Positions 21,554 to 32,262 of a stretch of 64,000 nt of DNA are shown here, piece by piece. The notes beneath the pieces were generated by a model that had not been told where the DNA came from, searched no databases, and saw only the letters and a list, made by a program, of their open reading frames with translations. The DNA comes from an uncultured virus (IMG/VR IMGVR_UViG_3300021256_000067) (taxonomy: Duplodnaviria; Heunggongvirae; Uroviricota; Caudoviricetes), in IMG/VR virus record IMGVR_UViG_3300021256_000067; one strand, given 5' to 3'. A program made the translations under genes and the position numbers. Each line of letters starts with the position of its first letter. The first letter of the stretch is position 1.

Positions 21554-22093
21554 TTAAAAGTTATAAAAATTCATAATAATATCACCAATATCTATATAAT
21601 CAATACCAAAATTCTCAGCAGTCTTCTTGTCTGAGTCTGAGAAATCATTAGGCTTACCACTCGCATCACCAATCATGATCATCTCAGACTTAGAAATATT
21701 TCTGAGATCATGCCAAGAATTCAATACGAGTATGAAATGTGTGAGCATACCTGTGTTTGGTTTTCTATCAATATCATCTTTATCATTACTTGTGCAATAT
21801 TCTCCATATACGGTAACATAAACGTCATTATCATGATTGAGATATTCTTGAAGTGCAGATTGGACATAACGGAATTTATCCAACCAATAATTCCTGTTGA
21901 CATATCCACTCTCTATGCCACCTTGATTAGTGACAATACACACGAACTCTGTATTGTTATCCTTGACAAAACTCTTTAATGCTTTCCATGCATCCCATTT
22001 GATATTCATATCCCAGACACCCCTTGGAAATGTTTCTCCAGAATGAGTATCAATGAGTGTACCATCAAGATCTATAAATATTATCTTCTTCAT
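21554..22093 (-). CDS. polynucleotide 3'-phosphatase (PNKP-type HAD IIIA)
   Basis: IDLDGTLI, VTNQGGI, RKPNTGM, IGDASG, SDSD motifs. Confidence 0.85.
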   Translation of the reverse strand: MKKIIFIDLDGTLIDTHSGETFPRGVWDMNIKWDAWKALKSFVKDNNTEFVCIVTNQGGIESGYVNRNYWLDKFRYVQSALQEYLNHDNDVYVTVYGEYCTSNDKDDIDRKPNTGMLTHFILVLNSWHDLRNISKSEMIMIGDASGKPNDFSDSDKKTAENFGIDYIDIGDIIMNFYNF

Positions 22094-22127
22094 ATTATTC
22101 TACTTTTATAATCCTTTTATAATACTT

Positions 22128-22511
22128 TTATAATAAATCTTTTTCTTTAAGTATAATGATCATTTCAACAACAGCATCAATTAGGTCATCAAATAAAGAC
22201 GTTTCATAAGATGCAAAATCATCCGCTCCCTCATAAATTAAATAATACTGCACCCCTTCTTTAATAATTTGTAATTGATAGTTATACCCTTCCTCATCAT
22301 ATATCACATCATCTAATTGGTCAAGCAGCGCTGTAAGTGACCAACATGGAAGATAATGTTCTTTTGCTGTATAACTACACCAAGGCATTAAATATGGAAA
22401 TGTTTTCCATTTTAATGTTTCATCACATACACCCCAACACATATCTGCACTCTCAGGTGCTATGATTTTAGCCAACTTCTTTGACTGTACTATATTTGTG
22501 TAACTTTTCAT
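22128..22511 (-). CDS. paralogue family A protein (dispersed copy)
   Basis: MKSYTNIVQSKKLA...PCWSLTAL...DAVVEMIIIL. Confidence 0.85.
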   Translation of the reverse strand: MKSYTNIVQSKKLAKIIAPESADMCWGVCDETLKWKTFPYLMPWCSYTAKEHYLPCWSLTALLDQLDDVIYDEEGYNYQLQIIKEGVQYYLIYEGADDFASYETSLFDDLIDAVVEMIIILKEKDLL

Positions 22512-23768
22512 ACTTAATCATTTAAATTAATCATTTAAGTCATATATATTCTCATGTGGCAATATCATTACACCATAGAATCTGAAAGGATAACTATTAA
22601 CTCTTTGCCACCATATATTTTCTGAAGTAGAAGTGAAATGAAACCAACAAAACTTGTGATACACAGGTGACCATATCACTTTGCATACCCAAGCTTTCTT
22701 GCCAAAACAGAAAGCTGGCCAATTTCCCATATATAAAGCCAATCCAAATAATTTCATATTGTTAATCGTTATACATTTTTATCAATAGCATAAAATCCTT
22801 TATATGTGTTATGAGGATCCTTGCATAAGGTTATACACTTGCACATCTTTAATCATAATGTTTTTAATTTTTATAAGGGTTAAACTTGTCATTCAGATTT
22901 ATCTTTTTCATATGATGTCTGGTTTTGGCGGTGGGGGAACATCCCACGTATCTTTAACATACTTAACCTTCTCCTTGCCGTCAGCCAGTGTATACAACTG
23001 GAAGATTGGGCAAGTGATGTGGTCTTCACATGCATCTGTGGATGACCACTCAGTGCATCTCTCGCAGCACTCTTGTAATAATTTTCTCGCTCTTGTCATA
23101 TTTCAATCTTTTTTGTTTCGCCAATTGGGTGGGGTCGTCATACCTCCAGCAATGCCCCACCCAAGGGGCCTATTAGTTGTGTTGTTGTTCTGATCCATCA
23201 TTCTCCTTGTTATTTATATTCTTGCCATATCTTGTACATTAACCTTGCAGTATAACTTCTAATCATATGCTGGTTCTGTATCTCACCGTTCTTGACCTCG
23301 TTACAGTTCTGCTGTAACTTGAGGCCAAGCCAGTCAAAAAAACATAAGCAATAATCTATTATCTTTTCAAATGGCCATGCCAATGCCAATAAGATGGAAC
23401 GGATAATATTAAATGGCATAAAAATAATATATCCGACCACTCTAATCGCCGTCTCAATTCTGCTTGCTGTCTTCAGTGTCATTGTCTTTCCTTATTTTCT
23501 TATATTTGTAGTCCATAATTTATTCTTTATATGGGTTGTCATCTTCAAGTACTTCAACTTCTCTAAGTTTTTTCATTGCCTCAAGAGCAATACACAGTCC
23601 TGTACGAACATCTACCATCGCTAATTTAACAATTTTGGGTTGATTGTCAAAATGTGCTGGTTGCCCTTCTTGGTTTTCCCAAATTGCATCTCGGTATCTG
23701 CAAAGTAGTTCGATTATAACATTAATATCTTCTTTAACAGATTTGTTTGTTATATTTTTCATAATTCT

Positions 23769-24230
23769 TCAATCTTCGTAAGGGTTAAACTCATCAGTGC
23801 TTAATGCAAGGTCTTTAGGAATAAGTCCTCTGAAATCAAACATTTTCTTATTGAGCCAATCAACACCATCTGCATTAACTGATGGATTGTCTGGTGTACC
23901 ACAGAGGTCTTTTAGATAATATTCATAGTGTCTACCGTTGACAGACTCTTCAATCTCATAGCCTGCATATTCAATGTATTCTTTCTTCTCTTCCTCTGTC
24001 ATTGATGATAGAGGACGGAGGTAAAGTTGAATATCTTCTACTGGGAGATAGTTTACGTCATAATTATTAGCTTCAAAGTAAACATATCCATCAGTATTTA
24101 TGGAATATATTTTTAAAGGAACTTCTACTTCTCCTTTCTCTTCATCCCAACCATAAACTTGTGCTTTCACTCCATACGGTAACCTCGCACAGAGGTCTTG
24201 GAGGACCAAGTCTTTTTCTTCTCGTGTCAT
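23769..24230 (-). CDS. paralogue family B protein (DLCARLPYG...YLRP..SMTEEE...FD.RGLI...NPY)
   Basis: Motifs shared with 24234, 24986 and 29996 ORFs. Confidence 0.85.
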   Translation of the reverse strand: MTREEKDLVLQDLCARLPYGVKAQVYGWDEEKGEVEVPLKIYSINTDGYVYFEANNYDVNYLPVEDIQLYLRPLSSMTEEEKKEYIEYAGYEIEESVNGRHYEYYLKDLCGTPDNPSVNADGVDWLNKKMFDFRGLIPKDLALSTDEFNPYED

Positions 24231-24233
24231 ATC

Positions 24234-24650
24234 TTAATCTTTATATGGGTTATTATCTTCTGTTACTTCGATAGCAAGATTTCTACCAATAAGATTCATA
24301 CAATCAAAATGTCCTTTAATAAGAAATAATGAAAACCAAATCACACTATCTTCATCAATAGTATCAACATCAGTCGTTCCTTGATTTATATAACTCCAAT
24401 AAATTGCCCACTCATTACTTGTCATATTATCCTTATTCTTATATCGAAGAAATGGCTTGATATTTTCAAATTCTGTATCTTCTTTATAATCATTTCCTTC
24501 ACGAACATAAATTACTGAATTTTCATCAATACCATAAATTGTACCGATAAAAGTCTCATTGTCTAATTTAATTTGTACCTTCAAACCAAAAGGAATTGAC
24601 GCACAAATATATTGCTTAAGTAAATTCTTATTTTCTTCAGTTAACTTCAT
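24234..24650 (-). CDS. paralogue family B protein (divergent)
   Basis: YICASIPFG...IKPFLR...MT...HFDCMNLI...NPYKD. Confidence 0.8.
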   Translation of the reverse strand: MKLTEENKNLLKQYICASIPFGLKVQIKLDNETFIGTIYGIDENSVIYVREGNDYKEDTEFENIKPFLRYKNKDNMTSNEWAIYWSYINQGTTDVDTIDEDSVIWFSLFLIKGHFDCMNLIGRNLAIEVTEDNNPYKD

Positions 24651-24702
24651 TATAGTAATTTTTAATTATTTGTTATAACCTTAATCTTTATCTTTATAAG
24701 GG

Positions 24703-24981
24703 TTATATAAGTGTTTCTTTATCTCCTGGTAAATGTCCCAATAATTCTCTACATAACTTTACTTCAGATTCATCTAATGAAGTACAATTTTGGAACATGT
24801 TGCTGTAACAACCGTCTGCCAAAGTAGTAGCAGGTATCTCAGGTGGTGTTGTAAATTGAGTATTCTCCATTGCTGACTTTATCCATTTCCACTCATCAAA
24901 TGTGATAACATTCTTACTTCCGTATTTCTCAAACAAACTCACCTCATAGAGATATTGGTCATATAGTTTATCTTTGTCCAT
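24703..24981 (-). CDS. hypothetical protein with one LRR-like PATTLA repeat
   Basis: TTPPEIPATTLADGCYSNMFQNCTSL. Confidence 0.65.
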   Translation of the reverse strand: MDKDKLYDQYLYEVSLFEKYGSKNVITFDEWKWIKSAMENTQFTTPPEIPATTLADGCYSNMFQNCTSLDESEVKLCRELLGHLPGDKETLI

Positions 24982-24985
24982 ATCT

Positions 24986-25390
24986 TCAATCTTTATAAGG
25001 GTTATATTTATCAGTACTTAATGCAAGGTCTTTGGGAATAAGTCCACGATAGTCAAACATTTTCTTATTGAGCCATTCTATTTGTTTGTAATGTGCGACA
25101 TCCCAAGGTAAATCATTTTCTATGATTGTATAATTTTTTGTACTTGGAATATTATTAAACTCAATTATTTCCTCCTCAGTCATACTTGACATTGGACGGA
25201 GGTAGGGTTTAATATAGAAATTATTATGTCTCATAAAAAGCTCCAAATGATGAGCTGAAAGTACATAATCATAGAAGGGACTGCTTTCTCCATCTATTAT
25301 TCTTATAGTATCCTCAAATTGACATTTTACTCTATATGGTAACCTCCCACAGAGGTCTTGGAGTAATAATTGTTTATCTTTTTGTATCAT
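24986..25390 (-). CDS. paralogue family B protein
   Basis: DLCGRLPY...KPYLRPMSSMTEEE...MFDYRGLIPKDLALST..NPY. Confidence 0.85.
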   Translation of the reverse strand: MIQKDKQLLLQDLCGRLPYRVKCQFEDTIRIIDGESSPFYDYVLSAHHLELFMRHNNFYIKPYLRPMSSMTEEEIIEFNNIPSTKNYTIIENDLPWDVAHYKQIEWLNKKMFDYRGLIPKDLALSTDKYNPYKD

Positions 25391-25592
25391 AACTCCTCAA
25401 ATTCTTTCTCTAACATTCTTTTCTTTGTTCGCATATAACCAAGTACATCGTCTTTTCCTAAAAGATGTACAAGATATCCATAGTCACTGATACGTGGATT
25501 AATTGTAGTTCCATCCTCAATCTGCTTAATCAACAAATCAAGTCTGTCAATCTCTTCCCATAAATTACTTGCCTGTTTAAATTTTTCTTGTG

Positions 25593-27128
25593 TCATAGCC
25601 CAAAATCTTTTTTGAATTTATTAATCGCATCATCGGCTAGTAATGTGACGTTTCCCCAACATTTAAATGGCCAATACTTGCGAATCCACTTAATCGCCTT
25701 ATCAGCATCAAGTGTCTTTGACTCCATCTTTTTCAATTCTTTCTTATTGGCATCCCATTCGTATCCTGCTTCTTTCATTTTTTGAAATAAAAGTTCTTGT
25801 TGCCCTTTAATAGATGGTTGATAATCCTTATCAACTTTTGGTTCTCCAAAATTAACAGGATTAGTGCCTTCCAACAAGTTTTCTTCCAAAGCCTGTACTA
25901 TACCATCTTTAATACCCATAAAGATAAATGGACAACCATTATGGACAAGTACGTCACCCTTTTTTACATCTTCAATTGTCCAAAGATGAAAATTTGATTC
26001 TACATAATCAGGACAAATAAAATGAACAACACATCCTGTTGTGTCAGTTAGATCATAGCCATATTCGTCTTCATATTGTATAATTTTGAATATACCCTCA
26101 TTACCAACAATCCAATCGCCAGGATGAAATTTTGGTTCAATTTTATCTGCAGGATTCTGTTCAACCTTCTTTAATTCTTTCTTATTGTCATCCCATTCAT
26201 ATCCTGCCTCTTTCATTTTTTGAAATAACAGGTCACATTGCTCTTTGGTTGCAGGTTGAATATTATATACAAATTTATTATAATACATTGTATTTTGAAG
26301 TACCAAAGAATTTTCATCATATAAAGAACAATAGCTGTGAATATACTCAGAGTCTTTTACTACATTTTGATATATACAAATAGTCGGAGTCATATTTGGA
26401 AGTTTTTCTATATCACCTCCAATCTCAGCTTTATTTATATTACATACAAGCACATCGCCGTCCATTGCATCAGCGATAGTCCACAGATGATAATTTCTAT
26501 TTAAATCGTCTCTATTAGTCCATAGATGGTTTCCATCGGTATCATGCAAACAAATATTATCGCCAGTAATATAATACTCCGTTCCAACAGTATAAAGATT
26601 CCCATCTTGATTAGAGACTACCTTGTCTCCTTCACAGAACCTTATTTCTACATTCTCGGCAGGTTTATTCTCTCCTCGCTTTTCGTCCTCATCCATTGTT
26701 GCCATTGCGACCCCTTCTCCGTTCATTTGCTTTAAATAGTCAGCGACAATTTTTGCGTCGGTATCATAGCCTTCCTTTGTTAGGGTATCTATAAGTTTTT
26801 GGTAATATGATTTTGCTTTTTCGGAAGGTACAATCATATTAAGCAGTCTTGGAATAGACTTAAATGTGTATTCCTTTTTCTTACTTTGCTTTTCAAGCCA
26901 AGCAACCATATCTTTAAGACTGAAGTCTATTCCCAATTCTTTGTAGTTAGTGTCAACCACGATTTTGGTGAGTATCTTTATAATAGATTTCCTTATCCTT
27001 TCATCCTCACTTTCTTTGAGTTCAGGAAAGATATGTTCTACCATTTGTCCTACTGTGTCAAAAGGATTCTGTACTCTTAGTTTTGATGCTCTCTCAAGAG
27101 CATTTTCGTATTTTTCTTTATAATCCAT
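25593..27128 (-). CDS. modular repeat protein, family C
   Basis: MDYKEKYE...FPELKESEDERIRK...WLEKQ plus two F..GD...HLWTI.D...GDVL...LLFQKMKEAGYEWD modules. Confidence 0.85.
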   Translation of the reverse strand: MDYKEKYENALERASKLRVQNPFDTVGQMVEHIFPELKESEDERIRKSIIKILTKIVVDTNYKELGIDFSLKDMVAWLEKQSKKKEYTFKSIPRLLNMIVPSEKAKSYYQKLIDTLTKEGYDTDAKIVADYLKQMNGEGVAMATMDEDEKRGENKPAENVEIRFCEGDKVVSNQDGNLYTVGTEYYITGDNICLHDTDGNHLWTNRDDLNRNYHLWTIADAMDGDVLVCNINKAEIGGDIEKLPNMTPTICIYQNVVKDSEYIHSYCSLYDENSLVLQNTMYYNKFVYNIQPATKEQCDLLFQKMKEAGYEWDDNKKELKKVEQNPADKIEPKFHPGDWIVGNEGIFKIIQYEDEYGYDLTDTTGCVVHFICPDYVESNFHLWTIEDVKKGDVLVHNGCPFIFMGIKDGIVQALEENLLEGTNPVNFGEPKVDKDYQPSIKGQQELLFQKMKEAGYEWDANKKELKKMESKTLDADKAIKWIRKYWPFKCWGNVTLLADDAINKFKKDFGL

Positions 27129-27485
27129 AACTTTAGAATTTAATGAATTTGTTTATAGTTATTTGTATATACCAAAATACCCAGCCCAATTGCAGATAGT
27201 AAATCACACCTTTTGATGTTTCAGCCCAATTCAAATTTAAGGTTGGTAAAAACGCAAAACATTCTTTAAATTTACCTGTTTTTAATTTTCATTATTATTA
27301 ACATTTAAAGTTTTTTGTTTTGCCAACCATTCCTCATGCTTTTTATCGGCCATTTCTCGGCTGTCAGGATTGCCAAATACATAGAACCCATCAGGATAGT
27401 TATACTCTATAAGCCCTTTGTCTTTGGCATATTCTTTTAGCATATTATATACTATTTTTTCTCTTATTTTTTCATAATCTATAAC

Positions 27486-29123
27486 TTATTTTACTATTTG
27501 TTTTAATCGATCTAATAATGTATAAACTAATTTAGTTCGATTATCATAAGGGGAAGTATACCCGCTTTCCCCAATACTTCTCACAAAATGCTCCAAGGCA
27601 TCTATTGATTCTTTTCCTAAAGCTATTGCTATATTGTTTTGTCCATGGTTATAACCATGTTTATAACCATCATTATATCCACTTTGATACAACTCCTGAC
27701 GAATTTTCAATACTTCGTCAGGAGTAAACTTTTTCTTACTTTGCTTTTCAAGCCAAGATATAAAATATTGAGCATCTTGATAAAGCATATTATCTCGTAG
27801 GAAATCGCATAGTTGTTCCCTTATCCTCTCATCCTCACTCTCTTTACTTACCACTTCCATCTTTTTCAACTCTTTCTTCTCATTACACCATTCATATCCT
27901 GCTTCTTTCATTTTTTGAAATAACAGGTCGCGTTGCTCTTTGGTGGCAGGCATTGCTTTATCAATTCCTAACGACCAAGATTCGGAAGTTATTTGAATAT
28001 TACCACCTAAATCCAAACCAACGTATGCTTCAATATGTTGTCTATATTTTGATTCTACAATTTGCTTGAATATGACTATAAATTCACCATTGGTAAGCAC
28101 ATCGCCATCATTTGCATCTTCGATCGTCCAAATATGTGAATCACTTTCGCAGGGTGGTAGACAAGGAGAAATAATATTGCCTTTAATGTCTTCTAACGTA
28201 CAATAACCATTAGTATCGATACTTTTTATCAGAAAAACATCCTTTCTATTATTATTGACAAACCAATCTCCAACCTTAAACTTTGGCTTATCAGCGGGCT
28301 TCTGTTCAATCTTTTTCAACTCTTTCTTCTCATTGCACCATTCATATCCTGCTTCTTTCATTTGGTGAAATAACTGGGCACACTGTTTTTGGGTGGCTGG
28401 GTAGATAGAGTTTCCGCCCATATATTCACCAATTCTGAACGTACCGTCTAAATCGGAATAACAATATGTCTCAAAGCATTTGTTGTGACCACCATATTTC
28501 CCAATAAATCTCTTAACGATTCCGACCTCTTGGCCACCCTTACTATTAGAGACAAGCACATCACCATCCTTTGCATCTTTAATGGTCCAAAGGTGTGCAT
28601 TATGCTCACAAGAAAAAGGGATACCTTGACCAGTGTCCAACAAATACGCATCATTTGTAATTTCTATTATTTTGCCTGAACAATAGTCATTAACTATAAA
28701 ATCACCTTCATGAAACTTTGGTTCAACCTTATCGGTAGGTTTTTCCCCACCTTGTTTTTCTATAAATTTAACATTATGTATTTTACCGTCAACTTTACTT
28801 ACATACCAATCATCAGCATTAAAAATGTGTTTCTTTATACTTTCTTTTATCTTCTCATCTTCTTCACTCCATTCAACAGGATTCTGCTTACCGTGCTTCT
28901 CAAGCCAAGCAAGCCAATCACCCTTAAACCCACCTCTGCTTTTAACGAAATCAATAATCTCTTTTCTTATCCTCTCATCCTTATCCTCATTCTCTTTTAA
29001 TTCGGGAAAGAAAGGTTGTAATCTTTTTCTTAAGGTAGAGGTCCTGATTAAGTCAGCACCACCACTCAATATCTCTTGGATGCACTCAACCCCATTTTCG
29101 TATTTTTCTTTGTAATCATCCAT
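27486..29123 (-). CDS. modular repeat protein, family C
   Basis: Same module vocabulary as 25593..27128. Confidence 0.85.
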   Translation of the reverse strand: MDDYKEKYENGVECIQEILSGGADLIRTSTLRKRLQPFFPELKENEDKDERIRKEIIDFVKSRGGFKGDWLAWLEKHGKQNPVEWSEEDEKIKESIKKHIFNADDWYVSKVDGKIHNVKFIEKQGGEKPTDKVEPKFHEGDFIVNDYCSGKIIEITNDAYLLDTGQGIPFSCEHNAHLWTIKDAKDGDVLVSNSKGGQEVGIVKRFIGKYGGHNKCFETYCYSDLDGTFRIGEYMGGNSIYPATQKQCAQLFHQMKEAGYEWCNEKKELKKIEQKPADKPKFKVGDWFVNNNRKDVFLIKSIDTNGYCTLEDIKGNIISPCLPPCESDSHIWTIEDANDGDVLTNGEFIVIFKQIVESKYRQHIEAYVGLDLGGNIQITSESWSLGIDKAMPATKEQRDLLFQKMKEAGYEWCNEKKELKKMEVVSKESEDERIREQLCDFLRDNMLYQDAQYFISWLEKQSKKKFTPDEVLKIRQELYQSGYNDGYKHGYNHGQNNIAIALGKESIDALEHFVRSIGESGYTSPYDNRTKLVYTLLDRLKQIVK

Positions 29124-29181
29124 AATTTGTAATTCTTATTTAAATTATTTTTTAAATCATTTTTTATTAAATCATCTTTTA

Positions 29182-29835
29182 TTAAATCATCTTAATACAG
29201 AGTGACGTATTATTTTCTAAATCCATTATTGCATGTTGATAAAATTCTTTAAGACCTTTATTCTGTGTCGTTTTAATTTGTTTTTTGAATTTATCAATTT
29301 TATTCTGCATTTTTTCTTTTTTAATACAACGTATTGTTTTCCATTTGTAATCACCGTACCAAAATTTATATCCTGTTTCATCTTTCCAATTCTCATGATA
29401 CACTGGCATATATTTCAACATAGTTTTAGGGTTATGAACCTTATTTGGCATGTACATCACCATATTCTCAGGAGTATTCATACCTTCAATAAAGAAGTGA
29501 AGAATTTGCAAAAAGTTTTGAAGCATTGGAAGATAATACTGTTTAAATCTATCAGTATCTTCAATTGGTGTTTCAAATATCCTGGGATTATAACTTATGA
29601 TTCCAAGCATTGCACTAAAATCATGGTAAATTGTTGACATTGTAGCAAACCATGGCGAATCATAGTCCTTATACTCTTTATTGAATCTCAAGTAATTATA
29701 CAATTCCATGACCTCTCTGTACATCGGACATACCTCTTGTTTGAACATATCCCACTTAAAGGTTGTCCAATAGGGATGTTCCTTGATCTTGTCATGTAAT
29801 TCTCTAAGTTGCTGTAACGCTAAATTAATATCCAT
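29182..29835 (-). CDS. hypothetical protein
   Basis: 217-aa ORF. Confidence 0.75.
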   Translation of the reverse strand: MDINLALQQLRELHDKIKEHPYWTTFKWDMFKQEVCPMYREVMELYNYLRFNKEYKDYDSPWFATMSTIYHDFSAMLGIISYNPRIFETPIEDTDRFKQYYLPMLQNFLQILHFFIEGMNTPENMVMYMPNKVHNPKTMLKYMPVYHENWKDETGYKFWYGDYKWKTIRCIKKEKMQNKIDKFKKQIKTTQNKGLKEFYQHAIMDLENNTSLCIKMI

Positions 29836-29990
29836 ATATTCATCATTTTGATTCGTGAGGACAACTTATCATCTTCTGTTAAACAGTTCAAAGTGTTTAT
29901 ACCAAGCACAACAAATAATATTAATTCTATTGTTCCAATTAGCGGATAAACTATACCTAAAATTTTAATCCAATATTCTGAGGTTGTCAT
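29820..29990 (-). pseudogene. 3'-truncated duplicate of the 10133..10360 membrane-protein gene (56 aa)
   Basis: ~140 nt closely similar to 10218-10360; diverges after SSRIK and ends at TAG. Confidence 0.65.
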
Positions 29991-29995
29991 ATTCT

Positions 29996-30487
29996 TTATT
30001 TCTTATAAGGGTTAAACTCTTCCGTACTTATCGCAAGATCTTTGGGAATAAGCCCCCGATAGTCAAACATATTCTTATTGAGATAGTCGAAGCATTCAAG
30101 TGATGAGACAATTTCGTCAAACCATATAGTCTCAGTATATGTACCACAAATACTACCATCATCAAGAGTAACATCTATATATTTTTCCGTTACTTTCACA
30201 AATAATATTTCAGTTTCATAATAACCATGCAGAATAGCAATTTCTCTTGCCTCTTCCTCTGTCATAGTTGATAGAGGACGGAGATATGGTTTACAATATT
30301 CTATTTCATGTGGACTATCCCAATTATCATCAATAGTGCACCTAATACCGCCCCCATCCCAAGCGTCAGGAGTAAAAATCGTATCAAGAGTTTCAGGCTC
30401 ATCATAATCCGGATGATGAACTAAAACTCCATACGGTAACCTCGCGCAGAGGTCTTGGAGTACCAAGTCTTTTTCTTCTTTTGTCAT
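29996..30487 (-). CDS. paralogue family B protein
   Basis: DLCARLPYGV...KPYLRPLSTMTEEE...MFDYRGLIPKDLAIST..NPY. Confidence 0.85.
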   Translation of the reverse strand: MTKEEKDLVLQDLCARLPYGVLVHHPDYDEPETLDTIFTPDAWDGGGIRCTIDDNWDSPHEIEYCKPYLRPLSTMTEEEAREIAILHGYYETEILFVKVTEKYIDVTLDDGSICGTYTETIWFDEIVSSLECFDYLNKNMFDYRGLIPKDLAISTEEFNPYKK

Positions 30488-30860
30488 ATCTTTCTTTATT
30501 CCTCCACTTCTTTCACTTCAAGAGTATTGATGATGTCAAGTATGGCTAAACGTTCGCTATCTTGTCCCATTTCCCATTCGTCATAATGCCTATCTAAAAC
30601 TACTGGCAGTAAGCGTTTTTTAATCTCCGCTACTAAAGCATCTTTATCAATCAGTTTCATAATTATTTCTTTTTAATATAAGAATCAAACGGGCACTCTG
30701 AACATGGATAAGAAACATAATCATCCATAGATTTAAAACCATATTTTTCATCTACCTTGTCACAATGACAAATAGCATGATCTAATGGTAATGGAAAATC
30801 AGTCCAACAATGCTTACATGTTTTACATAAGTCTTTATCTTCTGGTTTCATAATTCTTAT

Positions 30861-31331
30861 TTAATTATCCTCCGGTTCCATCTCATTCTCAAGCTTCTCA
30901 ATCTGTTTCTTCAGCTCTTCAATCTTAGCAAGACGTTTCTCGTTAGTCATTTCATTACGCTTGATTTTCTTAATCTCTGAATCTACTGTATTATAAATCT
31001 CACGAGCACGAGCTGACGGTGACTGTATGTTATGACAGATTGCGACTAAACTATCATCATAATCGTCATATCTAACATGTGTGAACCCAGCATCCTTATA
31101 CTCTGTCAAATTATTGATAGCTGTATCTATGGGAATTGGTGTATCATCATCGTCAAAGTCAAATACACATTCCCACTGTTCCACAACACGCGGATCACTA
31201 ATGTCGTAGTCCTCAGAAACTCTTTCACAACTTCGATAACTCCTATTGATATTGTGAATTGCTTGATTAAGATACTTAACATCTTCTGCATCAATTAATT
31301 TCATTAATTCTTTCTTAACTTCTGCGCTCAT
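30861..31331 (-). CDS. hypothetical protein
   Basis: 156-aa ORF with C-terminal coiled coil. Confidence 0.7.
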   Translation of the reverse strand: MSAEVKKELMKLIDAEDVKYLNQAIHNINRSYRSCERVSEDYDISDPRVVEQWECVFDFDDDDTPIPIDTAINNLTEYKDAGFTHVRYDDYDDSLVAICHNIQSPSARAREIYNTVDSEIKKIKRNEMTNEKRLAKIEELKKQIEKLENEMEPEDN

Positions 31332-31335
31332 AATC

Positions 31336-31596
31336 TCAAGACTTTTCTAATACATCCTCAAACTTTATAGTATTGATGTTATCAATATTCAGTTCAATCT
31401 TAATAGCACAAGGCGGTTCAGTTGGAAATATATTTCTGAAATACTCATTGGCAGTTACATCAATACCAACTTCATTTCGTTCTCCTTCATGACCTGCTTC
31501 CCATGCCATATAGAACTCTCCATACTTATTATACTCTGGCTTATTGTTCCAGAGAAATACTATACCATCTTTATTCTTTGTCAAATATGCACTCAT
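31336..31596 (-). CDS. hypothetical protein
   Basis: 86-aa ORF. Confidence 0.65.
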   Translation of the reverse strand: MSAYLTKNKDGIVFLWNNKPEYNKYGEFYMAWEAGHEGERNEVGIDVTANEYFRNIFPTEPPCAIKIELNIDNINTIKFEDVLEKS

Positions 31597-31924
31597 AACT
31601 TATAGGTTTTACTGGAAATGAATCAAGAAGACTGTTCAACTCTTTCTTTGACATCTTCCAAATGTTATTTCTTACTAAATATATCTCATCATCATTATAT
31701 AATGACAAATCATAGATCTTACCATACGACATTTTCTTTGTTCCATTGCCCTTATACCATAGTCCTCGGAATCCATATAGACCAGGCTTATCAGCTTGAC
31801 AACCGCGTTTTATATCCTTTGTTGTAACCTCGAGAACTATTACATTGGTAGGTGGATCTGTTATTTCTGGATCTTTGTTAACCAACTGCACTATCATGTG
31901 CTTCTTTAACTCATTGTACTTCAT
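31571..31924 (-). CDS. hypothetical protein
   Basis: 117-aa ORF. Confidence 0.65.
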   Translation of the reverse strand: MKYNELKKHMIVQLVNKDPEITDPPTNVIVLEVTTKDIKRGCQADKPGLYGFRGLWYKGNGTKKMSYGKIYDLSLYNDDEIYLVRNNIWKMSKKELNSLLDSFPVKPISYECIFDKE

Positions 31925-32262
31925 AATCTAATCTTTATTATCGTTCATGAATTCTTCATATTCTTCTGCTGTCTCTACCCACTCACCTTCTGTAATTGGG
32001 TATATCAAGTTCTTTAAATATACTCTTCTCATACACATTAACCATAGCATTCCACTCATCCTCAGTGATAGATTCAATCTCCTCATACTCACTATTCTCA
32101 AGGAAATCATTATTCATATAATCAATCTCCCATTCATTGAATGAGCCAATCAATTTATCACCGTCATAAATATTATGCACCTGGCAAGAATCATTTATGA
32201 CATCAAATAATACCTTGTTATCTGACTTTCGTCTGATTTTTATTATACTTTTTGACATATCT

